Shown: in pieces, positions 51,535-64,000 of the stretch
How the letters are laid out: each line of letters starts with the position of its first letter
How positions within the stretch are numbered: the stretch's first letter is position 1
Assembly: GCA_030324005.1 (NCBI GenBank)
Contig: JARDVH010000132.1
Coordinates: 91,821,905 to 91,885,904, forward strand
DNA length: 64,000 bases
Direction of reading: 5' to 3'
Source: Negaprion brevirostris
Lineage: Eukaryota
Notes under the pieces: model-generated
The model's database searches: none
What the model was told of the DNA's origin: nothing
What the model saw: only the letters and a program-made list of their open reading frames with translations
Made by a program: the position numbers and the translations under genes

Positions 51535-52490
51535 TATAATGGGTCTTTTGTTTATTTTTAACCTGGGCCTAATGCAGTGTCCTGGAATTTTATGATCCTT
51601 TTTGAATTGTTGGGGGGGGGATGATTGGCAGGTTAAGTAGGACGGTTTTTATCACTGGGAAAAATTCAGTGATTTCTTTTAGTTTGGCAGAAGCTTTTTA
51701 GATTTCCAGGCTGAAGGTAGCATATCGTGTTTCTCCCTGGTATTGGAAATTCTGCTGACTAGTTAGAAGTTGTTTGGCTGCATACTGGAAGCAGNNNNNN
51801 NNNNTGATCGGTGGTTTTGCTAGCTAGAACTCAGATGGGGATGTCTTCCGAGTCCGAAAGAAATACTAGTTAGGTGCACTGGCCATGCTAGATTCTCTCT
51901 CAGTGTACCTGAACAGGCACCAAAGTGTGGCGACTAGGGGATTTTCACAATAACTTCATTGCAGTGTTAATGTAAACCTACTTGTGACACTAATAAACTT
52001 TACCGTTATTTTACCATTAGAAGCTAGAGGCAAGCAGTGGCTCTATTTCTTCCTCCAGTTGCGCTCGGAGCTCCAGGATGGGGAAGCCAGAGTTTCAATT
52101 CTCCATCCAAAGGATTAATTCATAGCAAGGGTTGCAAATTTGCAATACCCAGCATCACATGAGCATACTTACTATCTATGCTAGCCCTAGAACAGGGTGT
52201 GTGTTTGTAGGGATGTTAGCATTGGAACAATATATTTAACTGTTAAGATATACACAGTATCATGGTTTTTTTAATTGATTTGAATTGGTGAAAGTTATTG
52301 CTAATTGTCTTATTATATGTGAACTGTACTCTTAAATAAACTTTGTTTGATAAAGGTTCGCTAGTGATTCATTCGAATCATACTTGAAGTGAAACATCTA
52401 ATGCTTATCTGTGCCAAATTCAAAGTGCAAAATATATGACCTAGGCTGACTTCATGAAACACCTTGGAGTTTCTGACTTGCTTTACATCA
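51535..52490 (+). mobile_element. Probable solo LTR, with a SINE 3' part inserted at about 51845-52001
   Basis: 3' end homologous to 3340-3448; aataaa at about 52335. The insert matches 22985-23143. Confidence 0.5.
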
Positions 52491-53019
52491 GGCTACACAG
52501 AGGCTTGCAGCCTCATGGCTGCAATCAGCTCCCAAGGATGGTCTGGAACAGAAATGTGAGCTCATGAGGATAATCTCTACCCTGCTCTCCAATTAGTTCC
52601 TGCGTCATGTGACTCTTACTCTGCAGATTGATCCTTAAAAGGACAATCATCACAGGTATGCACCTATTTGACAAAACGTTAATTTTTCTTTATTTAAAAT
52701 GGCATGGAAAATTTATTAATTAGCACCATTTTCACATCTCGTCCACTGTGACTCAAGTGCCAACATGCCTTTCAGTTCTTTCATGATGAATGTTAATACA
52801 TGGCACCATTTGGGCTGATGTGAAAGGGGTGTATTCTTGGTTTAGTGTAAAGGGAGGAATGGTGTTTGTTCCTGTTGGCGACTTTTAGTTATTATTGGTT
52901 CCAATTGGAATAATTAACTCAATCTCTTCGCTAAGAGGGCATCCTTGGCACCTGGGCTGGCATGTATACAGCTGGTCTGGTGATGGATGTCCCATCTTTA
53001 TCTCTCTCCCTCCTCTTCT

Positions 53020-54200
53020 TCCATGTCTACCTCATCTTAAGATGCCTACTGAGCACCTTGGTCATCCTCCACCTGTAATTCTTTGCTGCGCAAACTTGTG
53101 TGGAATACAGTAGACCATTGTTATTTTTGACACCGTCACTGGTGACTACTGAAGGGTACCTCCAAACCTGGCTTGGAACCTGAACAGCAAATTCACCATG
53201 CCAATGCTGTACTCTACGACACATTTAGTGATCATGTAGATCTCACTGTGGCTTTTCTGTGCCTCATTGATGAGGCTTCTCAAATGTGTCATGAGCCAAG
53301 TTGTAAGGGGCTATCTTTTGCTTCCTTAAGTCTGATTCCTGGAATGAAAAGATATGGAATGTTAGACTGCCCCTACATGAAACCATCATGACAGCCTCCA
53401 GGGAATCTGACACACACCTATATAGACCTCTTCTTGTGCTTACATACCAGCTGTGCACAGATGGAATAAAATCCCTTGCAACTTATAAAAAAACTTGCAT
53501 TTTGTTTTGGCCCTCAGATTTCCACACCCTGTACTCCGGGAAGTTAGCCTTAGAGGCAAATCTGAGTGCTGACTTGTTCTATTATTATTGCAGGAAATAT
53601 TGACATCAGTCAACAGCCTAGCAATCAATCCATCCGTTACCTGCCTTATGCATAAATAAAGCAGCTAACTGGGAGAGCCCTGAGGTGTTTCCAGTAAGTG
53701 CACTGGAAAGAACGAGAAGGAAAGGAGTTGAGGGCAGTGGTGACTTTGAGTGACAGCAACAGGTCCAGCAGAGAGCTGCTCTTCTTGAAAGACATTGCAC
53801 CTGCTGTGTCAATCCGTGCCTGTGGAAGCACTACCCTTCATATAATTTGAGGGAGCTGACCATTTGCTGCTACCCTTTCTTACTTGGGTAGAATCGCCTG
53901 GAACCCTAGTTTCTCTGATCTCCTTTCTGCCATGCTGTACCTCTCTTCTGTGCATCTCTTTTCCATGCATCATTAACCCCTCTCCAATGTCCTCCTCTCC
54001 AGTGTACCCTTCTCTTCTGTGCACTTCTCTCTTGAGAAAATCTCCCATGCGTACCTCTCATCTATATACCTCTGTTTGGTGGATCTTTCTTCTTTGCACT
54101 TTTCTCTTGTGCACCTGCCGATTCCACTACAGCACACTGTCACTGCCATGGATAACATACGACATTCATGTTTGATATAGTGTTGAGAACATCTATAATG
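53020..54200 (-). mobile_element. PIF/Harbinger transposase pseudogene (second, diverged copy)
   Basis: Reverse frames give LKVTTALNSF, IRQVTDGL, KGFYSICAQLVCKHKKR, VCVRFPGGCHDGF, WLMTHLR, VVEYSIGM and GGTLQ*SP, with several stops. TIR-like aaaattccactc near 54695-54706. Confidence 0.85.
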
Positions 54201-56230
54201 CATCCCATCCTGCTGGTGTCTATTAGAAAGACTCTCAAGACCTATTCTCTGGATTCTCTGCAAAACATTTGCCAGGGGAACTGACAAAGCAGATGAAAGA
54301 ACAGAACCTTTGTTGAGATTGGACAACCTGAAATTTAAAGACCTTCATAAAATGTATTTCAAGCTCACCTTCTTTTCTCTAGTGAGTTTCTTGAGCCCCG
54401 GAAAACCCACGCTGGAGGCGTTTAATTAAAATGCCTGTTTTAATTCAATTGAAAATCTTATGTTGACATAATTATGATGTTAAATACAATGTTAATTGAT
54501 GACTTGCCTGCACTAAAAACCAGGCTGACTCCAATGAACAGACTACTTGCATGCATCTAAGCCTGCTTAAAGCTGAACGTGGGTGTGCTGGGGTTATTTT
54601 TTCATTGTTCCGTGAGATCCAATTGCAACTGTGATTTAAATTTCTTAGAATTCTATTTCCTACCTGACCTTAACACACAATTTCTTGGGAGTTAAAATTC
54701 CACTCTTTGTGTCTGTGTACAGAAGAGAGTAAAAACATTTAAATTTGATTAACCGCACTGAAGATATACCTATTTATGTTCCAGTTATAAACAACCCATT
54801 ATTCATTTCTTTCAGTTGAATTGTCAGAATCCCTGACTGCATGTGACAAGATTTTCATTTTTGAGTATGATTTTAATATAAATTACATAATGAAGGTAAC
54901 TAGTAATTCAACAAAATATTTGAATACAAATTATTTGAATTGTGTTATTTCAAATAATGTTTTAAGTTGAAAGAGGAACATATCAGTAAACATTAGGCTA
55001 CAATGTCCTAATCCTTTTAGTGCAATTCAAGCAGCTAAAGATTGCATGTAGCCTTAATCTGGAGATCCATGTTCATGATTGTGACAAGAGCCAGTAAGAT
55101 AAAGAGAAAAGTATTCCTTTGTAATTTTAGATATGCTTCACTTACTGGGGGCAATAAAGTTGTTTCTGGAAAGGTTGGAAGCCCTGATGCTCTTTGGCTG
55201 GCACAATTTCACCACTGTTGTGATCTCTCAGCAGTACAAGAACATCCAGGAGGTACCACAAATGAAACAAGCACCTTGAAAAATCCTTTAAATTCAGCAA
55301 ACTCCCTCACATCTTGCAACCTTTAGTATAGGTCAGTGACAGAAGTTCCAGCAGAATCTCTTCATCTCTCCTACCACTTCAACTCTAAAGTCTTTCTTCA
55401 TCTTAATTTGAAGTTTTTTTCTTTTATCAAAATAATGAACAAATTAATTGATGCTACACATGGAAACAGAAGAGCTCACATCATCAATACTTTATTGTTA
55501 GTTAAAAAAAATAACTATATTAATTAGTAACTGCTAATAGAGTCAGGAGCAACTTTCACTTTTCATGTAAATGGATAACTGACAGTTGTGCAGTTGCTGA
55601 CCAGAATATCATTATACATCCTGCCTGATTTTCCTTTCCATTGACTTCAAACAACAGTCAGTTTTGAGAATGCTATTGAGTTAAACAGTTGTACTTAGCT
55701 GCTTTTGTCCCTTAAGAAACATTAGTTCATTACTGTGGTTTCTTTTCATTTCTATTGCTTTTACACAGGTAGCAACAAAAACTAAATGGAATTATATCAG
55801 AAGAAAATATCTAAAATATATCCCTGCCTGCTACTTTAATGGAGGCAATAACACCTCAAGTCAAAGAGCATGAGTGAAATTAAGCGTCTCTTATATTCGT
55901 GCCCTGTGGAAAGAAATCAAAACTGAAACATGTTCTCCACAAAACATTAATTTAGCAACTCATCCTTTTGCTGATAATATTTCTTCCAAAATTTTCTATA
56001 TTTACTACAGATTTGTACTATTTTCCAGATTTATTATTTAGCATTGTGCTAATGGTCAAAGGCTGAATAATTAATATATGGCTCATAGATTACTGTAATA
56101 AAACAAATTAGTTTATGATTCCCAATTAATTTTATAATAGTGTTAATGTTTTAATATCATGTCCTTTATTATTTAACCATGTTAGCCACATCATAAAAAC
56201 ATATTGCATAATACCTACTGTCCCTAGCAG

Positions 56231-57560
56231 GGGAAAGTGGGCACAACCACGGGCAGCAGGAACTAGCAGAAGGAAAGAGTCATATCGTCATGTTCTAGTT
56301 CCCATGAAGTGTTACTGGTCATTAAAGAAAGGGCCATTGGTGAGGCTACGGCTGCTGGAGAGGCTGTCTTCATTGAAATTGGAAGATGAAGACTCCTCCT
56401 TCTCACATCCATTACTCCCTCATCCTACAATCTCTTCTGATTTACTACCTGCAGGTTTTGTTAGCATGCATTTCTTACTGTTTTCCCTTCACCACAATAT
56501 CGCCCTTGTCTTTTTTTCCTTTCAGATACCCAAGAACTGTTCAGACAGTAGAGGAAGAGAATGAAGACAAATATAATGAAGACACATCATCACTCAATTT
56601 CAACTTTCAGCCACAAGCACAGATACTGACACTGCACAGAGGATAGCACAGAGGCAGGGTCAGTGCATGGAGAGACACTAGGGGCAAGAATGCCACCACT
56701 TAGCAGAGGGTAAGATCATACATATGTTCTGCAGCAGGAATCTTAATGAGGCCTTCAGTGGGTCAGGCTGCAGGAAAATGTTGATGGACATTAACTTCAA
56801 AATGTGTGCTGCATTGGGGAACCTGCCTGACAGCCTGTGGTCAATGCCAAGGAGTATGGAGGGATCCAGCACAAACCTGGTATAGGGATTTGTTAAGAGC
56901 TTGGAACCATTGTTCCAGCATAGAACTGATGGTTAACTTCATTGCCATACTTGTGGGACCAACTATGATGTGGTAACTATGATGTTGGCCAATGGCTCAG
57001 CTTCCAACTATAGCACAAACAGCAACCAGCCAATGGTTGAGTGCTGCAATGGGGATTTAGAACATACCTTCCTTGGCTCTAAATACTAGTTCAAATGGGA
57101 TTGCATAGTGNNNNNNNNNNNNNNNNNNNNNNNNNNNNNNNNNNNNNNNNNNNNNNNNNNNNNNNNNNNNNNNNNNNNNNNNNNNNNNNNNNNNNNNNNN
57201 NNNNNNNNNNATAGTGTCAGAGGAATACAGAAGTCTATCCTCCAACATATAAGCAGGATAGTTGAAGTGCCACCCCATGGGAGTAGAAGTGGCACTATGC
57301 AACACAAACCTACTCTCTCAGGAGGTCAGCATTCCTCTACCCAACAATGCAGCTCTGCCACTTCTCTGGCTGTTGCCCCAGATTGCTGCTGAACATGTTG
57401 AAATGATGCACTCTGAAAACAGGTCTTCTTAGTCATCTTTAGTCTCCTTCTCTGTCAGTCAGCAGCTTTCCATTTGCCATACCACAATCACTAGGGTAGC
57501 ACTGCACAGGAGATGTAGCCCAGAGCCGCAAAGACAGGAATTAAGGGGAACGCACAAGGA
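56231..57560 (+). mobile_element. Harbinger ORF2 (Myb/SANT partner) downstream exons, decayed
   Basis: Acceptors tagcag| (56230) and ttttcctttcag| (56525); acidic segment VEEENEDKYNEDTSSL; LPDSLWSMPRSMEGSSTNLV*GFVKSLEP is homologous to 16130-16230. Confidence 0.6.
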
Positions 57561-59189
57561 TAATTAGTTTAATCTTGCATACAATATAGCATCATTCAAT
57601 TTAGAAAATAATGTGTATTCCATGTTTGTTTTAGCACTGTGACAAGGGCACAATGCAATTGGCAATGACAGAAGGAAGTTAAAGAATGTTGGACTTTTAG
57701 GAATTGGGGTTGAGTTTACTGGTTTTGTATATGCATGCCTCCTTCATATACAGCCCAATCAGAAAATGTCTGCTTAGACTGCACCCCTCTTTCCTCTTTC
57801 TTTTCATCCTCTTCCACATCTTCTCCCCCTCCCCTACTTCTTTTTTCTTGTGTTCCTACTTCCTAAATTCACAGCTGACAATGGAGTCTATTCCCTGAGG
57901 GTGGCAAGACTTTGCAATGTGCAGCATCTGGAGGTACACTAATAAGGTTTGCATGGCAATTACCCAGAAGCGCAAACTTCCCATTCCAGAAATGTGATTT
58001 AATTTGCAATCTGACTGGGTTATACCAATAGTTATCCAGAAAACAGTTTAAAAAATTTAAAACCTCTTCCAATTTATGGGTAACTATTGTACAAATCCAC
58101 ACCTGCCCCCAGGGCGNNNNNNNNNNNNNNNNNNNNNNNNNNNNNNNNNNNNNNNCGAATTGCCGCTCCCTCACCCCCCCATCCCCAGGGGTCTCCCCCA
58201 CACTCTAACTACTCTCCCCATCATATGCCCATGGGACTCCTCCCACTGACTGATGAGAACACCTCAATCCATGGGTTCCCCCAACTCCCACGGGGACACT
58301 TTCTCAACTCACCCACCCCGTCTACCCCACCAGGCCTGACTCTCTCTCTCTCTCTCTGCAAGGATAAGCCACACAGTCCAACCCCCTGAACCAAATTCTA
58401 CCCGCTTACTTTCACCCTGACCTGCCAAGGATCTTCAAACTTCATTGCACCTTTAGCCTAACTAGTTGACGACAAAATTGTGCCATAAAAGGGGGCGTGG
58501 CCTCCTTGCATTCAGCTGAGTTGCCCTCTAATGCTCACCGCACTGCACGATTAGCATCTCGCCCAGCCTGAGTCGGAAGGATGGGCAAGGCAAGAAAGGA
58601 AAGAAATGAAGGTAAAAAGCTGGGAACGGAGTAGCAATCTGACTCTTACTGCCACTCTGAGGAAGTTCAGGCCCTTACATGTTTGGTGTGTCTAGCATCA
58701 GAAGTGTGTATGCGCACAATCCTGATTTGCCTCTACAGTGTTTACACAAGGAGTATCTGAAAATCCTTTGAGAGAAAAAACTACAACATCTGCAACAGAA
58801 TGATTTCCTATGCAAGTAAAACATTTCAATGTGACTTAACTTGTCTGATTGTAAATTGATAGAAAAAAAATTTAAGATAACGCTCCAAATAAAAACCACG
58901 TTGTAGCTCTTTTGCAAATTACAATTGTGTAATAGCATATTTTTTCCTTGTGCCCTTTGTTAAAATGTCCAAATATCTTTCAATGTTTTACTGATGCTAT
59001 GTGATCAGGTAATATCTAGTCTGAAGCCGATACCACTAATTATACTAATTAAAAGCTATAAGGTAGTTTAGCAGATAGGGATAGATAATGTAATGGAAGT
59101 CACTTATTTTCACAAAGGATATCTACAGATAAATACAACAACCTGACAATCCCTCTTTTTATGCCCTGTAACAATATTGTTTAAATCAA

Positions 59190-59440
59190 GGCTTCATTAA
59201 TTGACCTTAATTAATTAAGGTCAGCTGGACAACTTTTGATTACAGCAGCAGATTTGAGGCTTGTTACTGTCCTACAGCTGTGACAGTTCAATGGAAAATT
59301 GTTCTTCAAACAGCGTAAGTGTCTGATTGTGCAATACCTAAATCAGCCTCATTGATTATTCACACACCAATGGGCTGCTTAGAGCCAGTGGAGTAATTAG
59401 TTTTTTTTGTGGATTATCCACTGAGGAAAGGTCAAATAAC
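59190..59440. promoter_or_regulatory. Candidate enhancer / conserved non-coding element with a 22-bp palindrome
   Basis: tgaccttaattaattaaggtca (59202-59223); further TAAT motifs and AAAGGTCA at about 59427-59434; no recognisable repeat. Confidence 0.35.
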
Positions 59441-60459
59441 TACAAATAGTGGCAGAAAACAAGAGTCGCCAAGGACTTTAGCATTCTGATTAGTTAAGAA
59501 ATGCTATAGCAGGGTCTGATAATGATGTGCTTATACCAGGTTCTCCCAGGTTTGATTGTTCTGTCATAGGAATCCAATGAAAGGTGAGTGATGACTATGT
59601 TTTTCTTTGCAGCTTCACTAAGTCCCCAATGTCTTTTGAGCAGAGGGATTGGCCAAGGAATTTAGAATGAGAAGAATGTAAAATCATTTTTTCCTAGCAA
59701 TTGGTTTCATTCCACAAGACTCTATTTCACAATGCTTTGTTCAGGTGGGATTTACATTGTTTAAACAGAAACGTAGCCCTGACTTAGAATATAACACTAC
59801 AGACTGCACTGGGGCATGGTCATTCTTCTGAAGTGTTCCCACTCTGCAATTGTAATTTCCCTATAATAGATACTAAGGGCAGAATTTTGTACTCTGGGTT
59901 GGCACCCTGATATCATGGTAAAAGTTGGGGGGGGGGGGTGGTCACAGGAAAAGGCACCAGCAGAGATTTTTGTCTGAATTTGCCAATCTGTGGCCAGAGG
60001 GTGAGCACACAATGTAGGAAAGGGGAGTGGACGGACTCATAAAGCGGGAGGGCCAACAAGAAACCATCCAACACTCTAGCATTGAAGGAACTGCAGCCTT
60101 GTGTTGCAAGTAAGGGAGAGAGAGGGCACCTTCACCTTGAAGCGTCCTTCAATAATTTTAAAGCTCTTGAAGTAAAAAATGGCCACAGCTGCCCTTCTTC
60201 ACAGTGGAGGTGGAACTCAGGCTGCCTGTAGCTGTAGCCAGCACGTAGATGGTGGTCAGGCTTGGTGGGGGGGAAGTGCAGTGCAGGAGGAACCTGAAAG
60301 TCTGCCTGGGGAGCTATGCCCTCAGTCTGCCACTGGGAGTCTGTCTTCAGGCAGCTTCTTCCTTTGTGGTGTGCAGAGGCCTGCAGGCCATCAGAACACT
60401 CAGCCTAATGAGATATTGTTGTGATTGTCCCTTTAAGTCCCATGCACACAGCAACTCAA

Positions 60460-61600
60460 ACTAGACAATGCTTCCTGAGGTTATTCATGATAAATACACA
60501 CACCGGACCTGCCTTTTGGTGTGCCTTCAGCATGTTCAATTTTCCAGAGGACAATGGAGAGTCTGCTGCAGGGCTGCCACGAGCTGTGTAGTATACCTTA
60601 ATGATCTTGTAACTGGATCGACAGGAACTGAGCATCTCACTAATTTAGAGAAGGTGCTGAAGAGATTTCAAGAAGCTGGAGTTTGCCTCAACAAGGACTA
60701 GTGTACTTTTCAAACCACTGAGGTATACTACCTTGGGTACCATCTAGATGCACAATGAATACAACTGATATAAAACTAGTTCAAGGTCAGAAAAGGGACA
60801 TGGCCCTCAAAACACATCTGAATTCAAGTCCTTTTTGGGACTGGTAAATGCTGCATTCTTCAAACTTGTTGGTATATTTCAACCCATTTAAGGAACTGGT
60901 GCTGTCCTGTGATGCCTCTTGGTGAGGTGTTATCCCAAGTGCAAAGTTGATAGGTATGTATCAAGATTCCTCTCAGAGGCTAAAAAAGGCCACTCAAATT
61001 GAGAAAGAAGATTATCAATATTTTCTGGTGTTAAGAAATTTCACCAGTACTTACCTGGTGGCATTTTACCATCGTTTGCGAATACAAACAATTATTGGGT
61101 TTTTTTAAAAAAAGACAAGGCTTTTCCTGCAATCGCATCAATTCAATGTTGAACATTAATTCTGCCCACTTATGAATATATGTTAAAGTGCTAATTTGGA
61201 NNNNNNNNNNNNNNNNNNNNNNNNNNNNNNNNNNNNNNNNNNNNNNNNNNNNNNNNNNNNNNNNNNNNNNNNNNNNNNNNNNNNNNNNNNNNNNNNNNNN
61301 AATTTGGAACACATAGCAAATATGGTGTTGAACATAGCCATCCATTTCTACAAGAAAGTATTACAGCTGTTGCAGTACCACAGGAAATTGTCATAACATT
61401 AAATTTTTTGGACACGTTGCCAGTCCTGGCAAAACAAATCAGGACCAGTCAGGATCCATTTTGGTCTAAAGTGAGACATGGGAGATTTACAGGTTGGGCA
61501 CATGAGCCAGTTTCTGAAGAAATGAAACCATTTGTTACTCGCAAGGATAAATTGAGTTGCTAAGGTGGCATCATACCCTGGGGAGCAAGAGTTTCCACCC
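60460..61600 (+). mobile_element. Gypsy/Ty3 pol relic (RT, RNase H, pre-integrase)
   Basis: LPFGVPSACSIFQRTMESLLQG, VVYLND, EHLTNLEKVLKRFQEAGV, SFLGLVN, LVLSCDAS, QIEKE, GVKKFHQYL, LNFLDTLPV...WGARV; frameshifts and deletions. Confidence 0.92.
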
Positions 61601-61844
61601 CTGTACCAGGCAGGTTGAGCTGAGTATTCACTTTGAAATTGATTTAACAGATAATGTTGAAAATTTCAGCCAATTTGCATTTGTTAATCCACATTCTGTA
61701 AGTTCTGCAATCAAAGTGAATGTTTTATTTTCAGTCTTGATGTACCTAAAATTACAATCCTTGAGAAATGAAAAATATGACTAAATGTCATGCAGGAGAA
61801 TAATGCATTAACAATTTGTTAAAGCACTTGTTGCTAACTTTAAC

Positions 61845-62215
61845 TCAGTGGCCTCACTTTCACCTCAATTTGTTGTTTACGAGATTATGGCACTGCCAAA
61901 AAGGTTTGCTCCATAGTCTCGACTGATTCTGTTGTGAAATACTGAGTGAGTGCTGTGGTGCTCGAGATGCTGCTTTCTGTAAGAGGCATTAACTATGGCC
62001 CTACTTTCCTTATAAAAGAAACCATGGTACAACTTAAAGAAAAGCAGAGAAGTTGTCCTGAACAACCACTTTTATCCCTCAAGCAATATTAGCTACAAAC
62101 AGATTGTCTCAACACTATCTCATTGCTTTATGTCAGACCTTGCTGTTTGCAGATTCATTAGTGTTTTCCTATATTACCACAGCGACTACACTTCATTGGC
62201 TATGAACCATTTTTA
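61845..62215 (+). mobile_element. Decayed Deu-type SINE
   Basis: ttatccctcaagcaatattagc...cagattgtct...cttgctgtttgcag...acagcgactacacttcattggct. Confidence 0.65.
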
Positions 62216-63149
62216 GATATAAAGCTAAAGTCGCCATTGTCCCAGATGACAGAATGCATATGCATTCCAACATGAGACTACAAGGCTCTCAAAAACTCCT
62301 CCAAAATGCATTACTCAATCCACTATTGAAACTATGGTGATAAACATTCCACCCAGTCAATGAACAAAATAAATCATACACAGATACATGGTCCACCCTC
62401 CAAGCTACAAAGGTATAAAGGCACTAATATCATGAGAGATAAATTCATCTTTACAATTTTTACTGTACCAAATGGCTGTTACACATGGCAACAGTGTTGA
62501 GGGGACTGTCTGTGGTAAGAGACAAATCAGTGAAAGGAGTGTAGCCACGTGCTGGCCAGATCACTTGCGTAGGAAAGCTGTTGCAGGCAAATGGCCAGTA
62601 AAACAGTTGATTTACTATACAAGTGATTAAAAAGACTGCTTGTTTGCTTATATTTTGTATGCTTGAGCATTGCCACATAGTCACTACATTTCCAAGTAAT
62701 TCATTGTATCTGAAGTATTTGAGATGTTTCCTGAGGCATAATAAAATGTTTTATATATGCACACTTTATCTCCTTTCATTCCTCTAAGACTGCTAAGGAA
62801 ATGACCTTGCATCAGATATTCGTCACTACATTGCCAGGGAATGGACGATCCCATTACTTCACAACGAGACTCCCCAATCTGATTGGATTATCGTGAAATA
62901 GGGATGTAATCTTACAGTTCCATGTCACTACAAGGGGCTAAAATTCCAATTTTGTCTCCAAATTCGGGCAGTTGGATGGCTTTGATTCTGTGATTCCTTT
63001 ACCAAAATGAGTGAGCCACAAGTATTTTTACAAGAACAAGGACTTTTCAAAGTTTTGGGCCTGAACTTTCCTCTAAATTTGGAATAGTCACTAGAAGAAC
63101 ATTCTTCCTCATTTTGGTCAATTGTACAGTCTGGCAATTGGTCCAAAGC

Positions 63150-63332
63150 TGTGGCAGTTAGGTGGATTGGCTATGCTAAATTGTCTAGTGTCCCAAGATG
63201 TGTAGGTTGGAAGATTAGTGAAGTAAATACATGGAATTACGAGGATGGGGTCAGAATAGGATGCTGTTCTGGACGATGGGTGCAGGCTCAATGGGCTGAA
63301 TGGCCTTCAACTTCACTCTAGGGATTCTATGA
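63150..63332 (+). mobile_element. HE1 SINE 3' half
   Basis: gttaggtggattggctatgctaaattg...gggattctatga. Confidence 0.85.
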
Positions 63333-64000
63333 ATTGCTTTGCTCTACAGAAGGAATGTGTCACTGCACAGCTGAACAAGCCAATAGTCACACAACACTCA
63401 AAAGAAGGAAGAGCTGAAGTTCTCCGACAAAAAAAAGTGATATCACTCTGCTTGAGACTTAGGATAAAGAAAAGTAGTAAGGGCCAGGTCCTCTTTCTCC
63501 TTCAATGTCTTTAGCACTCTTCCTGTCAGTGCAACATCACCACTCCTGTTCCATTGAAATAGTATATTGTAGAAAGGCAGAGAAATCGCCATTTTCCTCT
63601 AAACTTGCCATCATTTAAGTGCAATGCCTGAGAACTCTTCTTCAGGACACAAGGATGGATGCAAATTTCAAAGATAAGATAAAGAACTCATGTTTTGGCC
63701 CAGATCCTCACTGCCCCATCTTCCCTGCTGCACGAGCAGTATATTTCCCAAAATTAGGCAGTACGCACAAGGAAATGCTTGAGAATTCTGAGAATGTGAT
63801 TTGTGAAATGGCAACCGATCAATAAAAGTCCTGTAACAATGTTTCTTTAATGCTTTGCACGCAACTAACAAGACGCTTAAGTACAATTGTTAATTCCACT
63901 ATGGAGTGCACAACTGTAGAAAATGATTGAATGGAATAGAACCTCCATCCTACTGTCAAAATGTATTTCTTTCGTGGGTGAAGTACCTTATTTTCCTTGT

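Noticed and set aside
58546-58557. 12-nt antisense match to miR-155
   Set aside because: It is partial, lies in a MITE-like region and has no hairpin.
62828-62840. 13-nt match to miR-23 (acattgccaggga)
   Set aside because: The seed start mismatches and there is no complementary 5p arm.
1-64000. CRISPR array, prokaryotic operon or viral genes
   Set aside because: There is no repeat-spacer structure or gene-dense tract; content is typical of vertebrate repeat-rich non-coding DNA.

Overview
This is vertebrate nuclear DNA, almost certainly from a shark (elasmobranch), judged by HE1-type V-SINEs, HER1/CR1 LINE tails, Deu-type SINEs and Penelope termini. It comes from a gappy draft assembly with many 10-N and 100-N gaps. 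I could not support any intact protein-coding gene, rRNA, true tRNA gene or CRISPR array. Most recognisable sequence is decayed transposable element: CR1, L2, Rex1/Babar, Tx1, Penelope, Gypsy, PIF/Harbinger (transposase, Myb/SANT partner ORF and MITEs) and several SINE families. Three things stand out. (1) A single-ORF APE-RT LINE with a tRNA-like Pol III head (31167-34242) is inserted as one unit into a Tx1 relic, and short SINEs in the window share both of its ends. (2) A non-repeat, CpG-rich promoter-like island at about 22.0-22.5 kb has a 24-bp minisatellite full of MRE cores, plus C/EBP, kB-like, ETS and IRF-like motifs and a minus-strand splice donor. (3) An enhancer-like block at about 59.2 kb has a perfect 22-bp palindrome. 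Family names come from recalled protein and nucleotide motifs, not database searches. Most repeat boundaries are approximate to tens of bp.
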